Assembly (NCBI RefSeq): GCF_009914755.1 | Contig: NC_060945.1 | From: the human T2T-CHM13v2.0 reference genome, Homo sapiens | DNA length: 64,000 nucleotides | Direction: 5' to 3' (one strand) | Part shown: one piece after another, positions 12,936 through 27,560 of the stretch | Layout of the letters: each line of letters begins with the position of its first letter | How positions within the stretch are numbered: position 1 is the first letter of the stretch | The notes under the pieces: generated by a model | Seen by the model: only the letters and a program-made list of their open reading frames with translations | The model's database searches: none | What the model was told of the DNA's origin: nothing | Position numbers and translations under genes: made by a program

Positions 12936-15479
12936 ATTTTCTGCATTCTTTCTACACTTATTAATTGCTGTTTCTCTAGAAGGAAGTGTTATTCCTTCTC
13001 CCCCATTTATTTATTGGTTTTTTCCAAGGAGACATGACAATTAAAAACAGGGTGATATCCTGGATTGGATCTGTGACAGCTCCTTGGTGTTCCCTTTACT
13101 TTCATGACCTTCTTACTTTTAAAGAGCATTGGTCGGTTATTTCATAGAACGTCCTTCAGTTTTGGTGTGTCTTATGTTTTCTCACGATGAGATTGAGCTT
13201 GTACATTTTGGGGTTGAATAACAGAGGTGATGGGCCCTTCTCAGGGCATCAGGTCAGAGAGTACGTGATGACTATCTGTTTTACTATTGGTGGTGTTAAC
13301 CTCAATTTTTAGGCTAAGGTGGATGGAGTTAACCTCGATTACTAGGCTAGGGTGGTGTGTGCCTGTCAAAATTATCCACTGGAAAGTTCCTATTTTTCTT
13401 TTTGTGATTAATAGACATTTATGTTGAAGGGGGTCCTTTGAGGCTATAAAAATAACTTCTTTTTTTTTAAATTTTGCTCACTAATTTTGGTATCCATGTG
13501 TAGATCTTGACTGGAGAAATTTTTGTTACTGGTTGTATTTTCCACATTCTTTCTACATTTATTAATTGCAATTTCTCTAGAAGGAAGTGTTATTCCTTCT
13601 CCCCCATCTATTTATTTATTCAGTTACTTATTTATATCAGTATGAACTCAGCATTATTTATTTTATTCTTTGGATAAGAATGCAATAATGCAATACTATA
13701 ACAATTTATTTTCCTGATCAAATTGTTTCAGCTTTGGCCGCTGGGAGCTCTTACAGGCTGGCTCGTGCCCCCTATTGCAAGCTTCTATTTCTTTTGTTTG
13801 ACTGCTTCTTTACTCTCTGGTACCACAAATCCTCTATGCTCGTCTTATATATTCTTTGCTCCAGCTTTGGAATTAACCAATACTTCAAAAGTCCTGTTTC
13901 CTTTTATTGCAAAGTCAAATTTAGAACCAAGATCTGGGCAATAGATGTGCTCATTGCTACTAGAATGTCATTTCCACTAGGTCATCTCAGCAGACAGAAC
14001 TAGGAAATGCATGTCATATGTACCAACCCATATGTATATATGTATCTATGTTTATTTCTGCATATATTTATCTGTTTATATATTTTAAGTAAACACAAGT
14101 TTGTATTGATACTTTGGACTCCAATTCAGCACCACATGGTTCACTCTAGCCTTCTTCCTTATTTGTAATGCCTTTCCCTGACTGTGAGAGCCTGACTCAC
14201 AGCATCTACCATACATTTCTTGTTTTGCTAACTCATAACCCAGAGACAAACAAATTTACCAAATAAAATACAGCATGGAGTATAGTTCTTGTTGTCTTTA
14301 GCCTTCCAGTATCGAGTCAAAACAGGGTTTCCAAAGATACCTAGGTCAGCTCTTTTGTCCCCCACCTGTCTCAGTGAGCCTTGGTGATTGATTAATTTCT
14401 GACACAGTTGGGTTTCTTTCTTACTGTCTGTGTTTCTTCTCAACTGCCCCCCCTTCCATTCAGCCAACATGCTGGTTGATTTTAAAAATTTAACTTACAT
14501 ATAACAAAATTGTAATTCTGTACATCAAATTTGTATGTCACTCTTTGTGACATATAGTTTTATGCATTTTGACAAAGTGATAGTCATCTATTTACTGCTA
14601 TAGTTTCTTAGAGCACAATTCCATTCCCACTCCCCTAATTTCCTCATGATCCCTGCTTGTAGTTTGTCCTCCCCACCATCACTCAACTCATGGCAACCAC
14701 TGATCTGTTTTCCATCTTATAAAGATGGAAGCTGTAAGCTTCACCTCTTCCAGAATGTTGTATAAATAGAATCAAACAATATGCAGCCTTTGGGATGAAC
14801 TTCTTTCACATACTGAAAAGAATTTAAGATTAATCCATGTTGTTGTTTAAATTAACAATTTGTTTCTATTTATTCCTCAGTAGTATTCCATGATACAGGT
14901 GTACCATAGTTTATCCATCCTTGTTTGAAGGTCACATGGGTTGTGTCCAGCTTTTGGCCACTATGAATAAAGATTCTATATAGATCCACATACAGGTCTT
15001 TATGTGAACATATATTTTCCTTTTCTTGGGTAAATAACTAGGATTGGGATTGCTGAGTCATATGGTAGGTGCAAGTTGAACACTATAAGAAAATGCTCAA
15101 CTGTTTATCAATGTGGTTGGCCATTTTTGCTTTGAGCGAATAGCAACATATGAGAGTTCCATTTGCTCTGCCTCCTTGCTGGCATATAGTATTATCAAGA
15201 TTTATGGGGCTTAGCCATTCTAATAGGCAGGCAGTGGTATTACCTTGTGGTGTTATTTACATTTCCCAAATGACTGATGATGTTAATCATTTTTCATATG
15301 CTTATGCACCATCTTTATTTACATGCCTGTTTAGATTACTTGCCTATTTAAAAAATATTGGGTTGTTCATTTTCTTATTTTTGAGTTTTGAGAGTTCTTT
15401 ATTGTATTCTGGACACATGTCCTTTGTTAGAAATGTGATTTGCAAATATCTTCTCCCAGTTTGTGGATTGTCTTTCTAA

Positions 15480-15863
<384 letters not shown>

Positions 15864-17489
15864 ATTATTTTTTCTTTTATAAATTGTGCTTTGGTATTAT
15901 ATTTAAATACTTTTTGTCTAACCAAAGGTCATTACAATTTGCTTCCATGTTCTCTTCTATAAGTTTTATAGTTCTACAATTTAAATAAGTCTATTATCAA
16001 CTTTGAGTTACTTTTTTTGTATAAAATATGAAGCATAGTTTAATATTCTTTTTAAAAATATAAATGAAATATTCACATGAATATGAAATTTTTTCATAAT
16101 TCCAGCACCATTTGTTGAAAATACTATTCTCTCTACATTGAATTAATTTTGTACCTTTGTCCAAAATTAATTGGCTATTCTTACGTGGATCTATTTCTGG
16201 GTTCTCATTTCTGTTTCATTGATATGTATGTCTGGCCTTTTAAAAATATTATATTATCTTAATTATTGTAGAGTCATCATAAGTCTTGAAATTTGGTGCT
16301 ATGAGTCTTCCAACATTTTTCTTCTTTTTCAAAATTGTTTTGGTTATTCTAGATACTGTGCTTTTCCATATATATTTAGAATGAGTTTTTCAGTAGCTAC
16401 CAAAAAAGCTTTCTTGGATTTTGATTGGGATTGCATTGAACCTATAGATCAAATTAAGGAGAACTGACATCTTAACAATATTAAGTATTCTAATTTTGAC
16501 CATGGCATATCTTTCCATTTAGTTAGATCTTGTTTGATTTATCAGAATTTTTATAGTTGTCAGCATGCAGATTCTACACACTAAACAAAAAAAAAGATTT
16601 ATACCTAAGTATTTCACTTTAGGAGCCACTGTAAATTTATTTTAAAAAAATTGGTTTCCAGTGGTTCGTTTCTAGTGTATATAAATTAATATTTGTATGT
16701 TGACCTTGTGTCCTGTGACTTGGATCAACTTGCTTACCAAATCTAGAAGCTTTCTTTTATTCCCTAGTTTCTTTTTTAGATTTTTGTATGTAGAGAATAA
16801 TATCTGTAGAGAATAATATCTATAACTAGAGACAGTTTTATTTCTTCTTTTCTAGTCTGTATGCTTTTTTTTTTTTTCTGCCATATTGCACAGACTAGGA
16901 ACCCAGAACAATGCTGGATACCAGGAGTGAGAGAACCTCCTTGACTTGTTGAAGATCTTAGGGGAAAAGATGGAAAGTCTTTCACTAATAGGTATAATTA
17001 TAATTAATTATTTCAATATCCTTTATTGGTTAAAGGCAGGTTCCTAGGTGATCACAAGTTTTTTTTTTCACGAATAGATCTTGACTTTTGTCAAATGCTT
17101 TTTCTGTTATCTATTGAATATATACATTTTTTTTTCCTTTTTAGTCTGTTAATATGTTAATTACACTGGCTGCTTTTTGAATGTTAAATCAGTCTGGTAG
17201 TTTTTGGAATAAACTCCACTTGGACATGATGTATTATATTTTTAATATATCGTTTGCTGAAAAAAAATATTGGTAGAATGCATTTATTGTTGGCAGTAAA
17301 GACCTCCATGTTCTTTAAAAGCCAAAGACCAGGGCCAGAGTACTGCTGGAAGCTAATCTCCTCCCTGGGAGCCACACAGATAAGGTTAACTGGAAGCAAA
17401 GGGCTCTGGAAGAGAGGAAGCCAGGGTGCCGCTGCTGCGCCCCGTTCCTGCCTGGCTTGGACGTATCTGGAACTGACCTCATTCTTTCA

Positions 17490-18075
17490 CTATGGTGGAC
17501 AGAATTCTAAAGCTGTCTTTCTAAGATGTCGTCCCCTGGTTATATAATCAAGCGCTAATCCAGGTAATGCTGTGAAGGGACTTTGCAACCCAAATTAAGG
17601 AGGCTAATCACCTGACCTGAAAATATGGCAATTATCTTGGGTTACTGAGTAGGTCCAATGTAATCACATTAGCTCTTAAAAGCAGAAGAGGAAGCCAGAG
17701 AGATGCAGCAGAAGGGCTGGTGGGACTGGAAACATGAGAACTTTGTCTGCCATTGCTAGTTTTGAAGATGAAGATGGAGGAAGGGACCACCGAGGAATGT
17801 GGGTGGGCTTTAGAAGCCGAGAACGATGCCCGCAAGGAAGCAAGCAAGGGAATGCACCCGGAACGACTTTGGAAGCAGATTTATTCCCCAAACCTCCAGG
17901 AAGGAACACAGCCCCACTAATACCTTGATTTTGGCCTATGAGACCCAGAGCAGAGAACAAGCTGAACCCCACTATGTGTGGACTTCTAACCTACAAAACT
18001 GTGAGATAATAGATAGACACTGTTTTAAGATGCTAAATTTGTGGCAATTTGTTAAGGCAGCAATAAAAAACGAAT
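17490..18075 (+). mobile_element. MLT1D/E-like MaLR LTR
   Basis: GCTGTGAAGGGACTTTGC...GGTCCAATGTAATCACA...AATTTGTTAAGGCAGCAATAAAAAACGAATGC. Confidence 0.82.
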
Positions 18076-18559
18076 GCTTTGGCTTAGCAAACATATACGG
18101 AAGACCTTCTATGTGTCAGGGACTGCCAGGTGCTGAAGATAAGGAGACTGGGAAGAAAAACGACCTCTTTATCTAAGGGGCGCACCAACCAGAGGGAGAC
18201 TATAACACCAAACAAAACATGGAGGTATTCCGTATATGTGCCGTAAAAGCAAAGCTTATCTTGGTTGCAAAGAATAAAAAGCAATTCTGGCTAACTTTAA
18301 ATAACAAAAGAAAAAAAAAGAGAGACTATGTGCTTTTAATTTTGAGAGCAAAGATACTGGAAGATTCTAGTAAATGAAGGAAACTTCAAACATGTCAGAT
18401 TTGGGGAAAGGACGACCAGTACATTCCCAGGAACCTTAGTCATAGAAGTTTGTAGACTTTCTGCTGGTTCTTTAACTCTGAACCCACAGTTCTTGGTCTT
18501 AATTTATCCTTTCCAAATTTAAAATTATAAGAGGGAAAAAGACAAGGCTTAGATTGGTC

Positions 18560-18823
18560 CTCTTCAAGGACGGCATCAATCTATTCATGAAGGATCCAAC
18601 CCTCCCCAGCCCAAACACCTCCCATTAGGCCCCACCTTAAAGACTAGTAATCAAATTTCGACATGAGGTTTAGAGGGGATAAATATCCAAACTATAGCAA
18701 GGGTAACCTGTTTTACTTAGAGTCCATTAAAAAAACATCTTCACAGCAACATGCAGCCTGGTGTTTGATCAAATTTCTGGGTAATGTGGACTAGGCAAGT
18801 TGACCCATAAAATTGAACATCAC
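18560..18823 (-). mobile_element. MST fragment followed by an MLT2 5' fragment
   Basis: CACCTCCCATTAGGCCCCACC...ATCCAAACTATAGCA, then CAAGTTGACCCATAAAATTGAACATCACA. Confidence 0.7.
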
Positions 18824-19262
18824 ATCTTGTGGTACACATAACCCATGGGGTCTAGCTCTATGGGTCAGAGCCTCATCCCCAGAAAGAAGCCTCTTTATGG
18901 GCCTTAAAGTTAGTCAAACAGGTGCTCCCAAGACTGTCCAGTTGTCAGCCACACTTCAATTACCCCTACAATGAGGATGGTAATACTCATAGGATTTTTT
19001 TTGTGTAGCTTGGAAAAAGATTATGAGGATAAAATGATTTTGTTAACTGTTAAGTGATGTGCGTATGTGAAGTTGGCATTATGTATTTTAAATTAAGATT
19101 CAAGGAAAGTTGGCAAACTTTGAAATCTAGAATTTGTACTTGCTACTAAAAACGAGTAATTTTTAAGTGAGACGTCAGGAAACCCCAAAGCCTTTTCGTG
19201 ATTCCAAATGCTGTCAGAAACTCCTCAAAGCAAAACTCCACCATCTGCACTTTAAATTGAAA

Positions 19263-19917
19263 AGTGTGGCGAGTCCTCAGGGATCTAGAACTAGAAATAC
19301 CATTTGACCCAGCCATCCCATTACTGGGTATATACCCAAAGGACTATAAATCATGCTGCTATAAAGACACATGCACACATATGTTTATTGCGGCACTATT
19401 CACAATAGCAAAGACTTGGAACCAACCCAAATGTCCAACAATGATAGACTGGATTAAGAAAATGTGGCACATATACCCCATGGAATACTATGCAGCCATA
19501 AAAAATGATGAGTTCATGTCCTTTGTAGTGACATGGATGAAATTGGAAATCATCCTTCTCAGTAAACTATCGCAAGAACAAAAAACCAAACACCACATAT
19601 TCTCACTCATAGGTGGGAATTGAACAATGAGAACACATGGACACAGGAAGGGGAACATCACACTCTGGGGGCTGTTGTGGGGTCAGGGGAGAGGGGAGGG
19701 ATAGCATTAGGAGATACACCAAATGTTAAATGATGAGTTAATGGGTGCAGCACACCAGCATGGCACATGTATACATATGTAACTAACCTGCACATTGTGC
19801 ACATGTACCCTAAAACTTAAAGCATAATAAAATAAAATAAAATAAAAAGTCATGAAGATATTAAAAATTTTTTTTAATAAAAGCACGATCCATATAAGGA
19901 AAAAAAAAAAAAAAAAA
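19263..19917 (+). mobile_element. 5'-truncated young L1PA (L1PA3/4-like) with a 3' transduction
   Basis: Intact ORF2 C-terminus (...EIPFDPAIPLLGIYPKDYKSCCYKDTCT...FSLIGGN), 3' UTR, two A tails, TSD GAAAAGTG (19259-19266 and 19918-19925). Confidence 0.95.
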
Positions 19918-22900
19918 GAAAAGTGAAACTGCAATCATCCCTGTCTATCAGGAACAGCCAGGGGCTGATGAATTGCAACAGGATAGGGTTGTCCCAACCC
20001 CAAATGACAAAGACTCACTGCCCTGAAGGATAAAAGTGGGAAAAAACCTAAACAAAAATCACGAGTTGAGCCAGAGATGTTTGTGACCCAACAGAACATG
20101 GATTTTTCACGTTCTCTTGTGCTTTTCTGGTCTTTACTGGATGAAACATCAGAGCATCTATGCTGATTGTATTCTGACAAAACTATCAGAGGCCAGAGTG
20201 AGTCTTACAAATTTTGTGTATCTTATTGCTTCACAGTCAGTCCCTTCTTTATAGCATGGCTGAGTGCTGAACTTAGCCCCAACTTTTTAAAAATTAAAAT
20301 TGGTCAATATTGCAACCCTTTCCTAGCCCTTCTGTCTTCTGTCCCTCCCTCCCTTCTATCCTTCTTGCAGATGTAATTCAGGCAGAATTCTGACATTCAT
20401 GTATCAAACTTGCTGTTGCCGGCATCATTTTGCTTAGTGTTCATTATCATTTCTGAACGGTTCTATCAGGCAAAGGCGTCCTCGTTCTCCAAGCAAGGAA
20501 GCCCCAGCCAGACAGTTGTCAAGGCAACGGAAAATGCACACTGTGAACTACCAAGAAAAGGCCGTTTCTGGCTGCTAAGAGTTTTTGCACTCTTGAGGCT
20601 CAAACTTAATTTCTGGGCTTGGCAAAAAGAAGTATTTTATGGCTAATTATAAAATGTACCCAATGTTATTAGACTAGGGGATAGATGATTGCCTGCTAAA
20701 TGTGTTGTGAAAAATTAAAGCAGTTTTCAGAGCGGAGGGAGCTAAACTCAGTGTGCCCAAAGGATCGATCGCTTATTTTTGTCATTCTTTATAGCTGGAA
20801 TACAACAGTTGATTTGAGTCTCATTATCTATTTTGTTGTCTTAGGTGTTCAAAACAAGGTAGAAAGTGCACCGTCCATATTTAGACTTTTTTTGGTTGGC
20901 GGGGGTGATGGTTAGGGCAGCGTTTAAATAACATGTTTCTTGGTCCACATTAAGAGCCGTACATTACACTTAGCAGGTGAGACTATAAGATCAGAGTCTG
21001 TGGGCTAATTTCGTACATTAGCTGCTATCATTGTCTTCCACATCTATTTATTTATTTATTTTTGTCTTCTATTCTCTTCCCATGTACTTGCTTGTCAACA
21101 AACCCCAAATAAATGCCACATATTAAGTTAATAAAAGACATGGTAGTTAGGGATTGAAAGTGTCAGGGTGAAAACACTGGTATGACAATCTGCCTTCTTA
21201 ATAAGGTTGTTCTTTTGTAAACAATGTTTTAAAATCTAACTTTATATGAATGGTTGATTCAAAGCCTGGTGGCCAGTGTTACAGTGAATCTCCATTCACC
21301 GTAATGGAGATTCACTGTAATGGACTCAGTTAATCCAGTCGTTGAATAATCCATGTTAAGGCTTCACTTTTTTTCTTTTTGGGTGAGCCTCCACTCATTG
21401 AAAACAAGGTAAACTTAGACTGAGGTTGACATGATTGGGTATCTTTCCTCAGGATCTCCCCCTTAAGAAAGGAAAACTGAACCATCCTTTAGAAGAGGAA
21501 ATATGATTTACCTGAGGAAGAGGTAATATATTTCTTTCTACACTCAGCTGATTGATCATGGAATAAAACAGTATTTGTAGTCCTCTCTCAGGTAGAGAAG
21601 GCTCATGAAGTTGATCTCCTAAAAGAAAACAATGCTATGGAAACTAAGTATGTTTTAATGTTTAATGTGCATCGTATTTACTCATAGGTATTCAAACAAC
21701 ATCCCTCCCTTTAGCCTGAAATGTTCCCAGGATTGTATTTTATACACTAGGCACATTGATATAGGCAAAGGAATGGGGAAGGTAATTATCCAGCAATCAG
21801 ACATGTCAACCAGGCTTGTTTGGATAACTGACAGCGGTGAATCAGGTTCATCGCCTCTATTGCTTTGTGGGACTTTGTTTCTCTTTATAGCATTTCCACA
21901 TGTGTTGAAACAGGGCCTAAATGTAGGTGTTCAGGATATTAAAACTAGAGCTTTCTAAAAGGACTGAGTATAATTAACTCTTGACTTAAGTTCCTTCTTT
22001 AAATTTCATTTCTATCTGTGGTTTAGAGGCAGTGGGAGGCTGTGAAATGGAAAAATGGACCAAAATAAGAAACTGAAGTGAAATGAAATGACTGAAATCT
22101 GTTTCCCCATAGCCAGCTTTCTGGAGCGTTTCAGCAGCGCCAGTCATCCTTGCATACACTGAGTTTCTACTACATTCCAGGTGTTGTAAAATTTTCTTTG
22201 AGTGGGGTAGAAAGTAGGAGAATAAAAATCAAAGTGACGCCTGGTCCAGCTCTCAAAAACCTCAGATTCTAATCAAATGCAGATTCGGTCTGAATGTGCA
22301 TCATCAGAATGTACCAAGGGCCCCTATCAACGTGTATACAGTTTCCACAGGAACACAGAGGAGAGAGCAGCTATCTCTGCCTGGAGGAGTTGGGAAGGTT
22401 CCACTGAAGAGGTGGATCTTGAAGAATGGGTATGAGTTCAACATATAGAGAAATGGGATATGAGACTGAAAGAGCATTCCCAACAATGCACATGTGGCTG
22501 AGAGGAAGAGCTCGATGCATACGAGCAGTAGAGAGTTTTTTCACAAGGCAGGGGACTCAGGCCACTTGTATGGATGGAAAGGAAGGGACTTAAGAAAGGT
22601 TTTTAAGGCAGGAAGAGCTGGCTGTCTCCCCGAGACGCTTCTGATAAGCTGTGCTAAAGAGCTTGGCATTTAGCTCCTGGGTTACAGGGCCTCTGAAAGG
22701 TTTTAAGCAAATGACTACCCTGAAGAGACTCTGGTGGGTGGAAAGACAAAGCATGGATTGGAGTGAGAATTAAAGGTGGAGACAGGCTCAGGGATTAAGG
22801 GATGGTTCAAGGGAGATACACGGACCTGAACAAAGGTAGGGGGCATGGGGATGGAGATGAAAGGAAACCATCAGAAAAGAAGGGGCCAAGGAGGGAGGTT

Positions 22901-24463
22901 ATCTTGGCAGAAGAAAGACATTATTCATCTTGGTTGGTTGGAAATGTGGGTCTGGAGCTCATAAGACAGATCATGGATAGGGATATAGCTCAGGGTCTGG
23001 GGTCCTGACTCCCCCTAAGGGTCTTACCTCAGAGAGTGATGACTGAGCTTCTGGAGGTCTTGAATTTCCTGAAATTTATGTAAAATGGAAGGTGCATGTG
23101 TATACATTTCCTAGGGAATAAGTCAATAGCCTTCATCAGTTTCTCAAATGGTTGGAAAATGGAATATAGAACAGCACCAAAAAACACTGTCTTAAATGAG
23201 GATCTATCTACAGGGTGTTAAACGGAAGTGAGAGTAACCCAGTGAGCAATGGAGAGGAGAGAAGGTCCCGGCAGCCTTGAGGCCCCTTCCCCCTTAAGCT
23301 GAGCACTCAGTGTCACTCTTCTCAGCTCCATCTGACTGTCCCCATCTCTAATCTCTCCCCATATGTACTTCATATGAATCAAAGGAAATAACATAGAGAG
23401 CTTGTAAACTCTGAAATGCTCTGCAAGTGTTTAGTTATCATTTAAAAGATGAAATGAAATATGGCAACTCCATTTAAGCTTTTATTAGTTCTGCCCATCT
23501 CCATGGAAAATATCTGTGACATTCAAAATGCCTGTTGATGCTACATTCACTAATCTTTTTATTAATAAGTGAGCATGTAAAGTTCACACACCTCAGACAC
23601 TAAGATATGCTATCAGTACACATCGATGCCTTCCTCCTAATTCAGGGCTGGGTAGGATGGGCCTGAGACAACACAGATGGATGGCCAATGACTCAGAGGT
23701 GGAAAGTGGAATGCAACCCAGCAGTACTGTGCAGCGATGCAGTCAGATAGAAACAACATCTAACTTTTCAGTGCAGCTTAAATGATGTTGAATTAGCCAT
23801 GGTGTGGCGGCACGATTATGTCTCAACATCACTGTGCTAAATCTAAACCAGAAGGAAGCCCTGTGTGCAGAGAGCGATGGTAGCAAAAAGCTCTATTAAG
23901 ATTTGTTTCAGAACAGAAAAGAGTCAATATATACTATAAATTAAAAAAAAAATTGTCACCATTGTAGCCGATGTGAGAAATTTTGGCATGCTATTTATAG
24001 CCCAGATTCCCATTTGAAGTAAAATGCAGTCAGATTGCAAGAACAGGGTTTTGAGCCATAGAATTGATCATAGAGCTGATGGAGCCACATATCAAGAATT
24101 GTTGATGGGAGTGGGTTCTCTGCATTTAGACTTCTGAGATGAGGGATAAGGAAGAACCCTCTAATCCAGGTGTCTAAAATAGCCATGGGTCATTTAAGAA
24201 AATTATCCACCAAAGATTCCTTAACAAATTTTTTTCTAAAGGCGGGTTTAGGCACATGGTAGGAAGGAAAATCAAAAAGAATCCCTTTCTTAAATGAGTT
24301 ATTAAAGAAATAGATTTGATTAGAAATGAACTCATGAAATTAAAATGTTAGGATGATTGAAAGTAGAACATCACTTTTTTCTTGTGAAGGTCAAATGAGG
24401 GGTGTGCTTGTGAGAAAGGAAAAAGACAACAGCAAGGAAAGCAAATTAAAACCAACATCAGGT

Positions 24464-24802
24464 TGTGCAATGGACTAAATGTGTTCCCTTAAAATTCATA
24501 TATTGGAATCTTAACACCAATGTGATGGGAATAGGAGGTGGGGCCTTTAGGAAGAGATTAGGTCATGAGAGGGGGCCCTCATAAATTAGATTAGTGCCTT
24601 TTTAAAAGGGACCCCCGAGAGCTCTCTCTCACCCTGTCTCCCCACTGTGAGGACACAAATAGAAGGCAGCTGTCTGCAAACTTGGAAGGGAGTCCTCACC
24701 AGAACCCAACCCTGCTGGCTCCCTGATCTTGGACACATGCCTGTTGTTTATAAGCCACCATCTCTATGACACTTTGCTATGGCAGCCTGACCTGACTAAG
24801 GC
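24464..24802 (+). mobile_element. MLT1A/MST-like MaLR LTR
   Basis: TGGACTAAATGTGTTCCC...GAGGTGGGGCCTTTAGGAAGAGATTAGGTCATGAG...TATGGCAGCCTGACCTGACTAAGGCA. Confidence 0.82.
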
Positions 24803-25884
24803 AAGCTGGGAGTTAGAACTCTCAAATTCTCCGAATCTCAGCCCTGACATTCAATAGCTGTGGGTGGCATGATGGGCATGGCACTTTACAGATTTGTTTC
24901 CTGACTTTTAATCTAAACAAGAAAGAGCACAACCACTACTGCCTACCTGAGATCATTGCACACAAGTGTTTTATAAACTGTTATATAAATAATTTATTTT
25001 GGCACAATCTTGAAATTTTAAATGTCTATATGAAAATTTTCTCTGCTTGTCACCACTACCTCCTGTCCTTATAGAAACGTATTTTCATGAGCCATTTGGT
25101 TCAGAGTTTAAAAGCAGGGAGAATAATTATTCAACCATAATTGATGTCAAGCAATGTTGTAAAATCTCTTAACTTATCAGAGTCTAAGCACTGTTGGTTA
25201 TGAAACCCAAATAATAACAATGCATGTGAAAGTGTTTTGTAAACTTTAATGCTCAATGCAAATGTCATTTATTTATTTCAGTTTCTCTCTTACTAAAGTC
25301 TGTTTTTCTGATCTTTTTGCTGCTGGTATATTTTTGCCCTAGTAAGTTCAAAAAAATTAAAAAGTCGTAATTCTTGGCTTCAGATACCTCCCTAGGAATT
25401 CTGAGAGTTTTTTTTCTATATAGATCTGCATTGCCTGCTTGATTCCAGCACATCTCAACTGGGTAGCTCCTACGCCAACCATTTATTTCATGAGCTTGCA
25501 TCTCACTCTCTTCTCACCTTCTCCATTAACCTTTACCTTGGAAACGTCAGATCTGCTCCCATCTAAGCCAAAAACACTATCCAATTTTATATCCATTAGG
25601 TAATGCCTTGTGATTCAAACTACATCTCAAGATTCTCCTTGTTGAGAAAGCTTATCTCAATGTGCTTGGAGGGGTGACAAGGATGCAATTCGTTAATCAT
25701 TGTAACTCTTCATATTTAGAGAATGCAGCAATTAAAAGGTGCTTCCTCATAAACATGTGACCTTGTTTGATCTTCACTTCTATAAAGAAAAACATAGTAC
25801 CTATAATTATTTAACATTATTCCATCCATTGTGCAAAGTGAGAAAACCAACAATGTTTAAATCCAATAAAGTCCAAAATCTCTC

Positions 25885-27560
25885 AGATGATAAGTAAAAC
25901 AGTGAAGTTTGCATTTTTTCTGTCTACATCTAAGTTTTTTTTCTTTCAGGATTTTTTCTTTGTTTTTGGTTTTCTGAAGTTTGAATATGATATGCCTACA
26001 TGTGTATTTTGTTTGTTTGTCACTTATCCTGTTTGGTGTACTCTGTGGCTTGGTGTTTTGCATTACTTTTGGAAAGTTCTCAGTCATTGTTTCTTTACAT
26101 ATTTCTTCTGCTCCATCCTATGTTTCTTCTCCTACTAGTATTCTAATTACATATATATTGCATCTTTTGAAATTGTCCCACAGTTCTTAATTGTTCTGTT
26201 CTGCTTTTATCATTCTTTTTTCTCTTTGAATTTCAGTTTGGAAAGTTTTCATTGATCTATCTTCAAGCTCACTGATTCTTTCTTTGGCTGTGTCTAATCC
26301 ACTAATGAGCCTATCAGAGGCATTCTTCATTTCTGTTAGTGTTTTTCATTTCTAGCATTTCCTTTTGATACTTTTCTAGAGTTTCCATCTCTCTACTTCA
26401 TTATCCACCTGTTCTTTCATGTCTATTTTTTCCATTAATTACCTTAATATATTAATCAGTTACTTTAAATTCCATAATAATTACAACATATGTTTCATAT
26501 CTGAGTCTAGTTCTTAATATTGTTTTGTCTCTTCAGAATGTTTTTTTCTTGTCATTTGACATGTCTTATAATTTTTTGTTGAAAGTCAGATACAATGTAT
26601 CGAGTACTAGGAAGTGAAGTAAATAGGCATTTAGTATAAGAATTAATGGTCGTCTGGCAGAGAAGTTCGTTTGTCTTTAGTGTTTGCTATAGTTGTATGT
26701 TACAAATATAAATATAGCCAGAGGTTTCAGATTTCTCTAGTGTCTTTTTCTTTGTCTCATCTCTTACCTTTGGGCTTCCCTAAGTACTCCTTCTTAGAGA
26801 GAGTTTGTGTCACCTCTTTCAGCTGTGCTGTATTCCCGCTGATGTGATGGTAAGGTGCAGGGGAGGAGAAGCATTCTCTAATTTTATTAATAAATCTCAG
26901 TCTTTTAATGGGGCTGTGTCTTGGGGCTATAACCGTTACAAGCTTTCTCCTTTGGTACCGTCCCTTCCCCCTGCCTCCTACTCCCTTTCCTGTCTGCAGC
27001 CTCCCCAACCCATTTCCTGGAAGCCATGGTCCTTGTTGACTATGGGGATCTTTTGCCCCCTATAAAGTAGACAGAAAGTTTGGGGGGTGCTTTCCACTGG
27101 AATATGACTCTGGCAAAGTATTTTCTCTTGGAGCATAGGCCTTTGTTGCAGACACATTTCACAAAGATTACTCTCCCCCTTCTCTTGCCAAAACCTTGAA
27201 GAGATCTTGCAGATCTTCATCTTGAGAACCTGTGAATTTCCTAAAGGTAAAGCCAATGATGGTATGGGGTCCCTGAGGACTGGGGACCCCTGGAAGTTTC
27301 TGACTCTCATGCTAGTCTACACTCCTGGTTTATCAAAATTTCCATTTGAGTGTTCCTATGAGTTTATGCCTCATGTGGCTTCTGCTCCAGGTGAGCAGAT
27401 CTTGGCTATATTTCCCCAGATTTGGGGGTGGCAGTTTGCCCTAAAGCCACAATTCTCTCGTGGTTCCAAGAAATATAATTGATTTTCCAAGAAAAAGTCC
27501 AGCTTTTTTGTTGTAAGAATAAAATTATGATTTCCAAAGTATTTACATGTCAGAACAGGA
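25885..27560 (-). mobile_element. Old L1M 5' UTR/ORF1 region, antisense
   Basis: The minus-strand ORF1 relic MTENFPKVMQNTKPQ...RHIIFKLQKTKNKEKILKE is typical of L1 ORF1p. Confidence 0.8.

Noticed and set aside
19264-19623. 119-aa ORF as a host gene
   Set aside because: It is the L1 ORF2 C-terminus of a 5'-truncated copy, with no promoter or RT domain.
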